A DNA stretch of 64,000 bases from the human T2T-CHM13v2.0 reference genome, Homo sapiens: assembly GCF_009914755.1 (NCBI RefSeq), contig NC_060932.1; one strand, 5' to 3'. Below, in pieces: positions 28,561 through 42,242 of this stretch. Position 1 is the stretch's first letter, and each line of letters opens with the position of its first letter. The notes beneath the pieces are model-generated. The model worked only from the letters and a program-made list of their open reading frames with translations, was not told where the DNA came from and did no database searches. Made by a program: the position numbers and the translations under genes.

Positions 28561-29277
28561 AGACCCCTTCAGGCAAAATGTAGAAATGTCTCATGACTAA
28601 AAATACATTCCCAAAATAGTAACTAACCTCAAAGAAACACTCACACACATATTCTATATAATTTATTTTTGGACTAAGCAATATTAATACAACATACACA
28701 CACAAATTGTCCTACACACAAATACTCATCTTGCAAAATGTATTTGAGTTTCATCCAGTATGTAATGAAGAGCTCTATACATATCCAATGGTAAAATTCT
28801 GAGTAAAGTAAGGACAAAGAATAATATAAGACATGTGCTAATGGCCTCATTATTATGGCTTCATTATTATGGCACTCTGCAATTCAAAGCAGTACCAAGA
28901 TACCTCTTCTGAGGCTTTGTAAGTCTTTATTCAAACCTTATACTACAGACATTCCTGTGGGAATTACATTTCCAGAAACATATACTAGATATACAGAGTA
29001 ACAATGGTACAGAACACCAAAAATAATGCTGGGTAATATGTATTTAAACAATGTTTAAAGTACAGTCAAGCTGGCAGAGGAGAAAAACAATCTGAGTCCA
29101 GAAATAAGGAAACAATTCTACAGGGATAAGCTGGCCCTGGAAACAGCATTTTCCCTAACAATATCTGATAATCCTTGCATTCCTAGAGCCTAAATTTAAC
29201 AGTAACATGAGGACAGCAGACAGGAGTAATAGCTTAAGGGCAGATGTGAGACCCCACAAAAAGTTAAGATTGCTGCG

Positions 29278-29381
29278 CTTGAACCGGGGAGGTGGAGGTT
29301 GCAGTGAGCCGAGATCGCACCACTGCACTCCAGCCTGGGAGACAGACGGAGACTCTGTCTCAAAAAAAAAAAAAAAAAAAA
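29278..29381 (+). mobile_element. 5'-truncated Alu (right-arm end only) with TSD
   Basis: cttgaaccggggaggtggaggttgcagtgagccgagatcgc...A tail; 12-bp TSD aagattgctgcg at 29266-29277 and 29382-29393. Confidence 0.95.
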
Positions 29382-29548
29382 AAGATTGCTGCGGGATTGC
29401 GGGATGACATGTCAGGGAGTGAACCAAAAATAACCCACTCCACAGAGATTTGTCTGGGTTAGTCTTGATTATAGATCTAAGGACAAAGAAAGAAAAACAA
29501 AACTGATCCTGCTTCTAAGTAATCTAGATTATTCACTAGATTACTCTT

Positions 29549-29690
29549 ACTATCACGAGAACAGCATGGAGGTAACCAAGCGTACCCATGATTCAATTAC
29601 CTCCTACCAGGTCTCTCCCACAACACGTGGGGATTTTGGGAACTACAGTTCAAGATGAGATTTTCGTGGAAACACAGCCAAACCATATCA
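29549..29690 (-). mobile_element. THE1 LTR fragment
   Basis: ctatcacgagaacagcatgg...caagatgagatttt...cacagccaaaccatatca. Confidence 0.85.
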
Positions 29691-29951
29691 CAGACCTATA
29701 AAGATTATAGTTAGTGGACATATACAAAATATAAATTAAGCATATTTAATACTTTTACAGAAATAAACTTTGGGATTGAACGTTTAAGGAAGTGACTGTT
29801 GAATTTGAAAAAGAACCAACTAGAGAAATTTAAAAATAAAAATACAATAATTAAAATTAAAATGAACAAATCAGTTGAACAGTAGTTTAAAAGCTAGAGG
29901 TAAAATTTCTGAATTGGAAAGTTTCTGAAGAAATTGCTCAGAATGTATATA

Positions 29952-30322
29952 GTAACCATCACCCTCTCGCTGACTAACCCAGAGCTACTTCCAGTCCTGC
30001 AAGCTCCATTCACGGTAAGTGCCCTATACAGGTGCGCCAGTTCCTTTTTACCTTTAATACCATAGTTTTATGTACCTTTTCTATGTTTAGATAAGCAAAT
30101 ACTTGCCTTTGTGTAACAGTTGCCTACTATATTGAGTACAGTAACATGCTGTACACTTTGGAGCCCAGGAGCAATAAAATAGCCTATGTGTGTAGTAGGC
30201 TATACCACCTAGATTTGTGTAAGCAAACTCTGTGATGTTTGCACAAAGACAAAACTGATGAGCAATGCATTTCTCAGAAAGTTTCCTGGTAGTTAAGTTT
30301 CCTGGTAGTTTATACATGACTG
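29952..30322 (-). mobile_element. Tigger3 (MER7/GOLEM) DNA transposon fragment within L1M
   Basis: gcaagctccattcacggtaagtgccctatacaggtg, ggctataccacctagatttgtgtaag, terminal catgactg|ta. Confidence 0.85.
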
Positions 30323-30858
30323 TATAAAGATTGTCAGGTGAATATTTTAAACACAATCTATCTATATGCTAATTACAAGAGACATATTTAAAATTTAAAA
30401 ACACAAAATTTGAAAGTAAAACGATAGTTTAAAATGGAAAATAACGTTGGTTTAGCTACACTGCTATCAAAAAATGGACTCTAAGTCAAAAAGATTAAGA
30501 GGCTCAATTCATGGGTAATACATAATAGTCTAAATTTGCATGCCCTTAGTAAATTAATTTTTAAATCTATAAAGCAAAAAGTGACATAACAACAATAAGA
30601 AAGGCATAAATCCACCACAATAGTGAAAATTTTCTCCCAGTCCTGTCAGTTTTAATAAACAATGCAAAATAATCAGTAAGAATAATGAGATTTAAAAACT
30701 TGATAAAATAGTTCTCATGGACATATATAAAATAACGATAGATTGGGTAATAGATAGTACATTTATACAACAAAATAATAACACACACCCAAGAAAAGTA
30801 AATTAATTATATTTAGATGTATCAAAAGGGTACATCTGAAGAAGGAAAAAGTACAATA

Positions 30859-31188
30859 CAGTCATCCCTCAGTATCTATGGAGATTGGTTCCAGGACCCC
30901 CGGTACACCAAAATCCGTGGATCCTCAAGTCTCATATAAAATGGCATAATATTTACATATAATCAGTGCACATCTTCCTGGATAGTTTAAATCTTCTCTA
31001 GATTAATTATAATACTAACACAAGGCCCGCACATCACTTCATTTGCATGGATTCAATGTAGTACTTAGTGCATGGCAAATTCAGATTTTGCTTCTTGGAA
31101 GTTTGTGAAATATTTTTTTCTGAATACTTTTTATGCACAGTTGGTTGAATCCACAGAGGTAGAACGCACGAATATGGAAGGCTGACTA
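30859..31188 (+). mobile_element. MER2B-like Tigger-family DNA transposon, near full length
   Basis: ta|cagtcatccctcagtatc..gattggttccaggacccc..; ends gaatatggaaggctgact; TA target. Confidence 0.9.
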
Positions 31189-31799
31189 TAGAGTTTTTAA
31201 AAACCAAATCTCAGAAGAATAGACATAATGTGAAACCGTGTATACAAAATTCAAAAATGGGCATACTAAACAACATATTTAGAGACAGAATACATGTGGT
31301 AAAATAAAAGAGAAAATGAACAGTATGTTTAGCACAAAATCCAGGAGAATGGCTCATTCTGGGTGCGAGGAACAGGCACATTCAAAAAAGAGCTTGCAGA
31401 GCTTCAAAGGATCTGGTACAGTTCTGGTTTTTAAAATAGATAATTGATGCCTAAATGTTCACTCTTTTTTATTATAATTTTTGTTGCTATTTAAACAGTG
31501 GTTGTACATGTTATAGATGCTTTTATGTCTGATATACCTCACACTGAGACATTGAGAAACACATGTACAAACACACACAGAGTCTAATGGAAAAGCTGTA
31601 CTGAACAGAGTAAGTGACTTTCTGGAGCCTACCTACTGAGCCGTAGTCAAGTCTCACGTCCAAATCACAAATTTTCCTGCTTGAGCACAAATCAGCCTCA
31701 TCCTACAGAGGACAACTCTTAACACATGAGACCTACCTAAAATGGAGTCTTTTCTGCAACAGTTTTGATGATAAAAATGTCATGATCAAGAACCTAATA

Positions 31800-32103
31800 A
31801 TTTTTTAATTATTATTTTTAATTATTATGGATACCTAAAAGTTGTACATAATTATAGGGATACATGTGATAATTTGATACAAGCATGCCATGTATAATGA
31901 TCAAGTCAAGATAGCTGGGATATCCATCACCTCAAGCATCTATCATTTCTTTGTGTTAGGAACATTTCAATTCCTAACACAGAGTCTTACTTACAGTTGG
32001 TTGAATCCCTCAGTAACTGAATAATATATATTTAATATTCAAATATTGTATATATTTGAATAACTCAGTTATTTTGAAATATACAATAAATTATTATTAA
32101 CTA
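31800..32103 (-). mobile_element. L1MA-type 3' fragment containing a templated insertion
   Basis: gatacatgtgataatttgatacaagcat, gatatccatcacctcaagcatctatcatttctttgtgtt, ttattttgaaatatacaataaattatt. Confidence 0.8.
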
Positions 32104-33078
32104 AATGACACAAATATTTCTCATATTTGGATGGAATAAATGTCATGACTTTTACAAGCAATACTGACAACAGGCCTGACTTTGCCCTTGTGCTACAACG
32201 TGTAGCTAGACAGAAAAAAAACAGAAATAGAAACTCCATTGGAAAACCAGATTATGAAAATGCAGGCAAATTCAAGAGTTCTAGAAAAGACTTCACACAC
32301 AGAAAAAAACATAAGTTGGGAGACATTTGAAGAGCATTAGAACTAAGACTTATCTTAGTGACTGAAGGCAGAATCCATTAACAAGCTTTAAGCACAAACA
32401 GTAACTTGCAGGGTATGGGGGAGGAGGCAATCATTACTATGTGTAAGGATGTTTCAGTTTTAAAAACATTTTGATCTTCAAATCTTTGCAAAATTGATAT
32501 ATATTTAGCCTTATTTTACAGAAAGGAAAACTTATATTAAAATATATTAGAAATCCTTTTACAAAAACTATTCAATAAAACGTCTATCCTTCAATATTTA
32601 TCAGTACAAACATGGTTAAGAGTCAGAGTCACTGAACTGCAATGGGCTGAATTTCAAGCATTAAACATTTAATACCTTATTTTTATTCATACATATTTTG
32701 CCCTAATTTCTAAATATAGTTGAGAAATTTACTTTAATTATCTCTGTTCTCCTGTTATTCTCAGCCCCATGCTACTCCATGTTGTGAAATTTATAATGAG
32801 AAGGAAAGCTAATAAAACATGTGGGCTCAGAAGCTGAAATCAAATTCAAGATGTTAAACTAGTTTAAAAAAAAAAACAACAAAGTTTTAGAGGATTTGGG
32901 TTGGCTTTAATTTTAGGATGTTTTAAAATAAATTTCTCCTCTTACTAGAATCAAAACATAGAACCATATCAAGGTAACAGAGTCAAAGCTGATCCAATAA
33001 GTGTTGCAGCTCCGTGAAGGTCAATAAATAAGAAATCTCATTGCCTTTACATGGTACACCATGGCCAACTGGAATTAG

Positions 33079-33436
<358 letters not shown>

Positions 33437-33870
33437 TAGGCTACTTTACCTGAAAAGCATCTTCATGCCAAGTTTATAGTTTCTTATTGGGCATAATCTT
33501 TTTCAGTTTCTGTTTATATGCAGATCTTACAAATTCATGAAATTAATGGGCTAGATTCCACCCCTGAGGCATATGATAAAACACTCTCTTACCTAGAGGA
33601 GAGTGGGTTAACATGAATTTATTCTGCCACAGTAAGTAACCCCAAATATGCACATGGGCAGGGTCATTTTTTTAATATTATATTTTCTCAAGTATATTTC
33701 CCTATTTGACATTCAAACTCCCCCACGCCCCACCCACTTTCAGTCAGCTAGGCTACCTCTGTAGGATTGCCTCAGAAGAGAAGCATGTTAAGGCAAATAG
33801 GAAAATGGGAAGAACTTGAAACTTAGGCCAAATTTTTGAAAAAGCGAAGATTACAGAGAGTGAGACTTAC

Positions 33871-33976
33871 CTTTGAGTCTACAAAATGTGCACCCAGGGA
33901 AGAGTTTGGAAGAAAGTAATGGAAAAGGAGGCAATGGAAACAAAGATATTGGAGAGGTTGGGGGATGGAGAAATTT
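33871..33976 (-). other. Candidate internal exon (minus strand)
   Basis: Acceptor gccctttactctag|AAA and consensus donor AAG|gtaagt; splice motifs only. Confidence 0.25.
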
Positions 33977-36900
33977 CTAGAGTAAAGGGCTCCATGGAAC
34001 GACATATTCAAACAACTAGAAGTTGTGCAAAAAAAAGTTGATCTATGCTTGCAGCCTCTACTTAGGTAAGTGTGAACATAAATAACTGACATCATCAGTC
34101 TTCAGTTAGGACTTCCTTCTGACAACAGCCAGTGCTTCTTCAGGGAGACCACCAGCAGGAGGAATGCCCTCTGTGAACTGAGTCTTCAACCAGTTCCTAT
34201 TGAACGTATTCCATACAGACAAATGCTTTACTACATGCCAGAACAAGAGGAAGTGAACGAGAAAGAAGGCGGGTGGTACAAGACACACAGTATCTGGTGA
34301 AGGAGCAGGTAAAGAAAGTACCATTAGATACTTAGCTGGTATTGACAGGGTGTAGAAAAAGTAAGTTCCATTCTCCCTCAACAAAAACTCCTATGACCAC
34401 TACATCTCCTTTCCAGCCAAGCTGTGCCAAGGAAAATAAAATGTTATGACAATACTTACCATGCTTGTGAGAAAAAGATATTCTCATACCTCACCTCATT
34501 CATCTTTACAAAGTCTGCAAGATAGGCAGGTCAAGTTCTATTGATATCCCCAATTTACAAATGAGTAAAACTTGGGCTCCGTGATTATGTAATTTACCCA
34601 AGAGCACCGAGGCAGAAGGACGTAGCTGAATCAGGATGCATCTGGTACCAGAAGTGCTTTCATTCTCTGTGGTTCTATCATTTGTTCACTACTGCTTTGG
34701 CCCTACACAAAGGTAAAATAGACAGTCACCTATGGCTTAAGAGGCACTGACAGGCTCACCCTCCCAAAATGTTTCTCCCCAGAACTTCATCAATTCCAGA
34801 ATACCTGCCTTAGAGACATTCCTCTAAATTCAGGCAAGGTCTTCAGTTGTTCCTTGGCAAAATGATACCACCCATCAACCCATTCATTCAACACAGCCTC
34901 TATGAACTGAGACTTCCATGGGACAGCACTACAGCTAGAGAAATTTAAATGAGAGAATGGGCAATGTGCCTACTAGGAAGTAGGGGCTCAATAAATGTAA
35001 TTTTTTCCTCATTGAAAAAAAATTCAGAAACCCCCCATAACATGTTTTTGATCCCATAATATAATTTATTAGCTTTCCAAAGAATACACAAATAAATAAA
35101 ATAGCTATGAAGAATGTAATTTTTGTAAGTCTAACAGTAAAACCAAATTTCAGAAAAACTTTGTAAATCTCAAGAAATCTGAGTCATTCTGAAAATAGTG
35201 AGCATCTGAAACCAATATCATAAAGGAAAACAGTTTGGTAACTTCAACTCTCCTATCAGCGGTAAAATACTAAAATTTACTTTCACTGAAATCACTAAAG
35301 TTATCAGGTCCCCTAGCTTTGTGGCATATAAGCATAAAGAATAATACACCCTGGGAATATGTAAAAACCTAGATTAATATTGAATGAACAGCAAAGGATA
35401 AACAGGACTTTCTGCCCTGCTCTCGCTAAAGACAAACACAAACAGTAAGATGAGAAGGAGACATGAATCAAACCAATGAATGCACGCATTGCTTACTGTA
35501 ATACCAACAGGGCTTTTAAAATGTCAAAAGAAAAGTATACTTTAATAAAAATACATAAAAACTGTGCTGAAAAATTAATGTAGCACACTGTGCAAATAAT
35601 CCCCTACATGAATAGAAAATTGAGATTAACTTCATGCATCAGTAAACTTCAGGTGACAAATCACTGTGGCAATTTCTCTCCCTCCTTCAAATATCATTAG
35701 AGGTCTTTGGGGGATAGTTGATACATAATGGGGGTCAAAAATTTTAACTTGCACAACTTGGATATGCAGAGAAAATGTTATTTTGTTTGTTTAGAGTTTT
35801 TCTCATGAGTCCTCCTTCTCTGGTTAAAGGGAACATTTTTAATGGATATCTAACCCAGTTTAAGGCTAGTCTGACTTAATTAATTTAAATAGTCCTTTCA
35901 GGCAATATTCAGTCTTTCCTGCTGGAGAAAGAATCTCAGTCTCTCAGATTTCCTCTGCCTCCTCCTACTTATCTCTGAAAGAAGGCAATTGAGTGTATGA
36001 GTGGCAAGAAGAGTGTGAATGAATAGACACAGTAACCTTGAGCATGGTGTTCTAATCTCCTAGATGATGTTGTCTTGTTCATCTGGCTGCTATATTTGTG
36101 GCTGAAGTCTGCAGTTGGTCTCTTTCTCTCTCCCATCTTGGTCACAGCCCATTGTCCTCCCTGAACAATTTGGTCTCACTTTGATGCCTGCTGGCTCCAA
36201 AACCCTGAAATCCCCTGCTAGCCTCTACTATTTACACCTCAGCAGACACCAAAGCAGCCTCCGAGACTCTGCACCCAAATTCCTTGGGACCTGAGAGTGG
36301 CTCAGAAATGCTAACCCTAGAGTCCTTTGGCTCCTTAAAAGCTCTGCACTGTGAAGAGAATGAAAGTATGTTTTATACAGGAAAAGTTAGGGAGGTTCTC
36401 TCTTTGCAGAGCCCCAAAAGGGGGTCAGGAACTAGAGCCTCCTCCTTTTGCCTCCCTCACAATGCACATCCTGAGTCTACTCTCCCCAGTCCAGAGAGAG
36501 GAAATGCAGGCACTCATCCCATCAATGTGCTTCTTCTCTCTCTCTCTCTGGCCCCTTCCCGTCATCATTTCTAATGGCTAGAAAAGAGGTGGGCCTTGTT
36601 TTTACTTCTATATGCTGTCTATCTCAGACACATGGCTTTGCTGTCATGGATGGAAGGGTAACTTCTCTGCTGTGGGATCCTCTGGGTTTAATATCTGGTA
36701 TGTTAGAGGAGGGAGTAGAAAGGATTTGGAAAATCATCTCTCAAGATCATAGTCTGGTTTATAATGTTTTATTTTGCTTTAATCCTGTTTTTTTATGTCA
36801 GATGTTACATATCTCTGCTTCTTTCCTTCGTCATTCTTTATAATAAATTCTCCTCCTCCTTCAGGCAGATGGCTGTATCAGGTTAACTGGAGCAAATGTC

Positions 36901-37023
36901 ATGGAGCCTAAAAGGTAAAAAGGCACATTAGTAATTTCAAAAATTGTACCACTCATCCCCTTGTTCCTATATATGCCCGGCTGTTCCCAAAGTAATCATT
37001 ACATATTAACTTGGTATAGAGGA

Positions 37024-37378
37024 TGATATGTTTTGCTCTGTTTCCCCACCCAGATCTCACCTTGAATTGTAATAATCCCCATACACCAAGGGTGGGAACA
37101 GGTGGAGATAATGAATCATGGGGGCAGTTTCCACCAGGCTGTTTTCTTGATAGTGAGTGAGTTCTCACAAGATCTGATGGTTTTATAAGGGTCTTTCCCC
37201 TTCCCTCCACACTCATTCTGTCTCCTGCTGCCCTGTGAAGAGATACCTTCTGCCATGATTGTAAGTTTCCTGACGTCTCCCCAGCCATGCAGAACTGTGA
37301 GTCAATTAAACCTCTTTCCTTTATAAATTACCCAGTCTTGGATATTTCTTCATAGCAGCATGACAATGGACTAATAGA
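37024..37378 (+). mobile_element. MaLR solo LTR, THE1B/C-like
   Basis: tgatatgttttgctctgtttccccacccagatctcaccttgaattgtaataatcccc...gaactgtgagtcaattaaacctctttcc. Confidence 0.92.
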
Positions 37379-38422
37379 GATGGGTATGCAAAGTTCTCAC
37401 TTCATATAAACATTCCATTACATAGGATTTCTCAGAACATGAGTTTCTTTTTGTTGTTTGTTTCTAACATATGAAGTCTAGGGTAGATTATTTTGGTGAT
37501 CATTATTTCTCCGGTATTACCATAAAGAAAAACAAGTTCCTAACTTCATGGCAAATGTGATAACTGTGTGGTAACAAATATTAACAGGTTTTACAGATGA
37601 TTAGAGTAAATGGAAATGTTGGTAAATAAAATGTTGGTATGGAAAGGGTGTGTATCAGGGACAGCATAGCTGCCTTTGAAAGGTGTAAATGGTTTAGAAG
37701 TGGAAGCCACATTTGCTCCATATGACTGCAAGGAGCAAAATTAAGATCAAGGGAAGAGAAAAACAGAAAAAACAGCTTTCTAAATATCAAAGCCAACTAA
37801 ATGTGGAATTGGTTGATGCCTTGAGAGCCAGTGTTTATACCATAACTGGGGTTATTCAAGCTGGGCCAGGTGACCACATAGTAAGGATATCATGTTGATT
37901 ATTTAAGGATGTTAAGCTTGCTTCCAACACCCAGGGATTCTGTGCTTCTTAGCGTCTTTAAAGCTGAGACCACAGAAGATAAAAGATAAAGAACCAAAGA
38001 AACATGAATACTGCTGGCAGGAAAATTGGCCATGGCCATTCTTTGATGATAATCACTGAGTCATTGACTAGGAAAAAGTCAAAATTAGCTATTTATGACA
38101 GAATAGAGTCTAAATCACAGCTTACGACAAAATTGGTGAAAGCAAAGCCATAGAAGGAAAACCATCAGGTTTCAGCAAAAAAGTATCACAAAGAATTAAA
38201 GAAAGTGAAAACCACTGATTTCCTGATTTGGTGGAACATGACAGAAAGCATCATTGACAAGAATTCTGAAAATAGGGAAAGAAAAGGTGTAAGGTATAAA
38301 GTTATAATGGTGGTGGTGGTGTTAAATTTAAGATGATGCCCACTTTGGAAGATTTACACTATTTTAGTGAGTCCCAAGCAATCTCAGATTACACCTTTTG
38401 ATTCTTTCTTTTTCTTCTTTAG

Positions 38423-38616
38423 AGTTCTGCCAGGAGTGATAACAGTAGACAGGAGAGGCAGATCGCTGATAACTGTTAACAGGTTGTTAGCTAATAAGAG
38501 TAGACAGGCGTTGGAAGGAAGTGTGGAAGGAGAGGACGATTTAAAGGATGTAAATAGGATGCTGCATCACTGGTCATCTTGTCACAATGTCATGATCTAC
38601 AAGCCACATTTGTCAG
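38423..38616 (+). other. Candidate exon (plus strand)
   Basis: Long polypyrimidine acceptor ttctttctttttcttctttag| and donor CAG|gtcagt; one frame open; motifs only. Confidence 0.25.
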
Positions 38617-39325
38617 GTCAGTAGGATTGGCTAGTGCTGGATGACGCAGGGATGTCTCTGAGTGGAAGTCAGAAGATAGGAATGAAGGCAGCATGCATTG
38701 AGCAAGTACTAAGTGCCAGCCACTGTGAGAAGCATTTTTCCTACTGTCAACTCTTTAGTTCTTCACTTCTACCCTAATAGGAAAGTATAACTATCCTCTT
38801 TTCATAGTTAATGAAAATGAAACTAAAGCTCAGAGAGACTCTTCTAGGTCACACCATTAGTAATTGGTTTCTGGTATTTTAAATCCCAAAGCTCATGGTC
38901 TTTCCTTTATCTCACATTAGCAAAATGTACTCAAGCATGAGCAGATAGAGATAAGTGACAAGTGATGCCAGAGACAGGAATCAGGTGGTAAAAATAAATC
39001 AAGCTGGAATGGATTAAAAACAATGAGGCAGATGGGGGGAGATATGTGAGGGAGACTGGAGGTGTCTAAGATTCACAGCCAAACAGTTCATTTGAACTAA
39101 GCCAGAAACTCAGAAGCCAGAAAGATCAAACATGGAAGAAGGTGAGGGAGTAAAAAAGCAAGGATTTTCTCAAAAAAGAACTCCAGATAAAAGCTCTGAC
39201 ACATTTGGGTGCTACTTCTACAGTCATGTCTTTAATTCTTCATTCTTCTTTATTAGGGCTTTTCATCTCCTGAATGCAGGGTAAGAGAGAGCCTTTGACT
39301 TCCTCACATCAGTCTTCATTCTTAC

Positions 39326-39524
39326 TTCATCAGCACTGTTGCCCGTGATTATGAGCTATCCAAGGTCAAGCTGCATCAAGAGGCAAGAACTGAAATTAAA
39401 AGACTCATAGATTTTAGAAAGGGATCACCATCCTCTTTCTTGTTCTCAAACAACTCAGGATTCATTTCTCCATAGAATCCATGATCTTCCTCACAGTGAG
39501 TGATCCACAACTCATTGGTATCAT
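39326..39524 (-). other. Candidate exon, 199 nt (minus-strand transcript)
   Basis: Acceptor tttcccttctttatttttgttcag|ATG, donor GAA|gtaaga; non-repeat; frame DDTNELW...VLAS* ends at 39376. Confidence 0.45.
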
Positions 39525-39579
39525 CTGAACAAAAATAAAGAAGGGAAATACACAAAGTGATCATGAAAGGATTACCATC

Positions 39580-40220
39580 TGTTTGCATCAGGGTTCTCCA
39601 CGCAAACTGATAGAATAGAGAGAACAAGAGAGATAAGAGGGTATTTATTAGTGGAATTGGCTCACTCATTATGGATGCTGAGAAGTCCCATAACAGGCCA
39701 TCTGTAAGCTGGAGAACCAGGGAAGCTGATAGCATGTCTCAGTCCGAGTTAAAGGCCTCCAGTCAAGGAAGCCAATGGTGAACTTCAGTCTGAGGCTGAA
39801 GGCCTGAGAACCCAGGCACCACTGGTGCAAATCCAGGAATTCAAAGACTGGAGAACCTGGAGTTCTGATGTTCAGGAGCAGGAGAAGGGTGAGAGGGGGC
39901 AAATGTGCCTTTCCTCTGCTTTTTTGTTCTGTCCAGGCCCCCAGCCAGTTGTATAGTGCCCACTCATGATGAGGGTGGATCTTCCACTGGATGAAGCAGG
40001 TCATCCTCACTGACTCACACAACAATCTCCTCTTGAAACACCCTCACATGCACACCTTGGGCAGACCAATTGTTCTAATCAAAGGCAAAACCTCCTGGCT
40101 TTTCCTTTCAGTAGAAGAGGGGCAGGCTCAGTGCCCAGTGAAGCATTGAGAAGAAATAGTGCTTTACCAGCTGAGTATTCCTTAGTCCAGTCGAGTTGAC
40201 ACCTACAATCAACCATCATA
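39580..40220 (-). mobile_element. MLT2B-like (HERV-L) solo LTR
   Basis: agggttctcc, ggaattggctcac, gctgagaagtccca, ctgtaagctggagaaccagggaagc, ccagtcgagttgacacc...aaccatca. Confidence 0.88.
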
Positions 40221-41290
40221 CCATCTTACAGGCTGCAGCACTGCATGATCAAATTTAGTAATTTTTGTTGACTCTAAGCTCTATTTGCATTTAGACAAAG
40301 GCCCTAGTTTAATCATTTTCCAACTGAAATTGTGAAAGAAAAGTCTCAAAACTAAACAAGTCAAAGGATGTGCTATGTAAGATGCTCTCAAAGAATATGA
40401 TAATTGCCACAAATAGAATGTCCTATAATTATGTTCTCAGAAATAGGTCTATTCAAAGAAGTCATTCATACATGTGATTATGCTTGACAGCTAAGTGGCA
40501 TAGGCATTAGCAAGGTTGTCAATGTGCAAACGCTATTTCTACTAGGCCATATAATTTATCAAGTGGAATTAAACATCTCAAAGGAATCAACTTATCTTAT
40601 TTCCCTAATGCATAGCAAATATCAGTGTATCCATACATTTGATATAGTTTCTTCCTTTATCGCAGTACATTGCTCCTAATAATTAGACCCATTGTTTTTT
40701 TTTTTTGGATTTTGTTTTTAAGGGTGAAATTTTTCATGGTTACTAGATCCTGTTATAATACAGGTAAAACTCATTGAAAAGATTTGTATTACTTGGAGGA
40801 GGACTAATACCCACTAGAAACTGCTTTGATTCTCCAGGGAATTAAAATATGGTGTATCCTCAGACATGCAATGAACATGCTCCTCGCACTTTCTCAAGGT
40901 CAAACTAACTCCTATGCAAACATCTAAGGGCAGCCACATGTATAAATACACATACACACACTTTTCCTCTCTCTCTCTCAGAGGAAATCCAGAGCATCTT
41001 TCACTAGGTATCTACTATACCTTAATAGCATATGACTGAGATATAAAATTACCATTGTATAAGACCTTTTACAGCCATCATTCTAAGCTTCAGGATAATG
41101 GCCCTGTGGCATATTCATGCAGATTTTACCTCTGCTGGCTTTTTTAAAATGACTCTGTCAAAGCATAACATGTGGCTTCCATAACTGAATGTTATTTACA
41201 TCAGAATGAAAAGGGGCTGTGTAACCATCACAATGCTTGAAGTTCATGATTTCTGCACTACCAACTAAAGAATAATTTTTCTGTTTCCAG

Positions 41291-41472
41291 GAAAGCCATT
41301 TCCTGGTTTGCCCTGCATTTGATTAGCAATCTCACTCAGGGTGAGCAGAGCCAAGGAGCATTCAGTGTGCCCAACCCCTTTCAGCCCTCAAAAGCAAGAG
41401 GAAGAAAGAAGGCTGGAGCTTGGTCTTGGCAATATCTACATCCCACTCCCACAGAGATGCAGGGACCTCTTG
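41291..41472 (+). other. Candidate exon (plus strand)
   Basis: Acceptor ttttctgtttccag|G, donors AGG|gtgagc (41341) and TTG|gtaagt (41473); motifs only. Confidence 0.25.
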
Positions 41473-41806
41473 GTAAGTGCTTGCCTGGCACGGAAGAGCT
41501 TTAAGGCATGAAAATGGGGATCGCTGCATAGCTGAAGGAATAGAATAGAATCTTTGAAGTAGTATGGCACGATATAGTGACTATTTCTAAATGAACATAA
41601 AAGAAAATTTCATATAAGGCCATAGATGCCACCCTCCAAGAATTCCAGGCTCAACTTAAGGAGCCCACAGGCCCACACACAAGGAAAGCTGATTTTTAAA
41701 AAACCTGAAAAATCTTTAAAAAGCAACTCTCTCAGAGTGATAGGGGGCCCTGTACCTTCCAGGACGAATCCAATTCACCTAGAATTTGGATATTACTCAA
41801 AGATAG

Positions 41807-42242
41807 TGTGAAAGGAAAGTAAATCTTGGGACTCCAAAATCACTAAGCTAAAGGGAAAAGTCAAGCTGGGAAAACCTGCCCCTATTCTATTCAAAGTCAC
41901 CCCTCTGCTCACTGAGATAAATGCATATCTGACTGCCTCCTTTGGAGAGGCTAATCAGAAACTCAAAGGAAGGCAACCATTTGTCTCTTATCCATCTATG
42001 ACCTGGAAGCCTCCTCCTGCTTTGATTTGTCCCACCTTTCCAGATTGAACCAATGTTCATCTTACATATAATGATTGATGTCTCATGTCTCCCTAAAATG
42101 TATGAAACCAAACTGTGCTCTGACCACCTTGGGCACATGTCATCAGGACCTCCTGAGGCTGTGTCAGGGGTGCGCTTGTTCAACCTTGGCAAAATTAACT
42201 TTCTAAATTAACTTGACCTCTCTCAGATATTCGGGGTTCACA
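41807..42242 (+). mobile_element. ERV1 solo LTR, MER4A1-like
   Basis: tgtgaaaggaaagtaaatcttggg...ccaaaatcactaagctaaagggaaaagtcaagctggg; TG...CA ends; exact 4-bp TSD atag. Confidence 0.92.

Noticed and set aside
28842-28873. Short tandem duplications (also near 8890, 30280 and 50347)
   Set aside because: Ordinary slippage duplications with no array or spacer structure; not CRISPR-like
39376-40025. 119-aa and 118-aa minus-strand ORFs
   Set aside because: Largely MLT2 LTR sequence; only the part downstream of the 39524 acceptor is kept as an exon candidate
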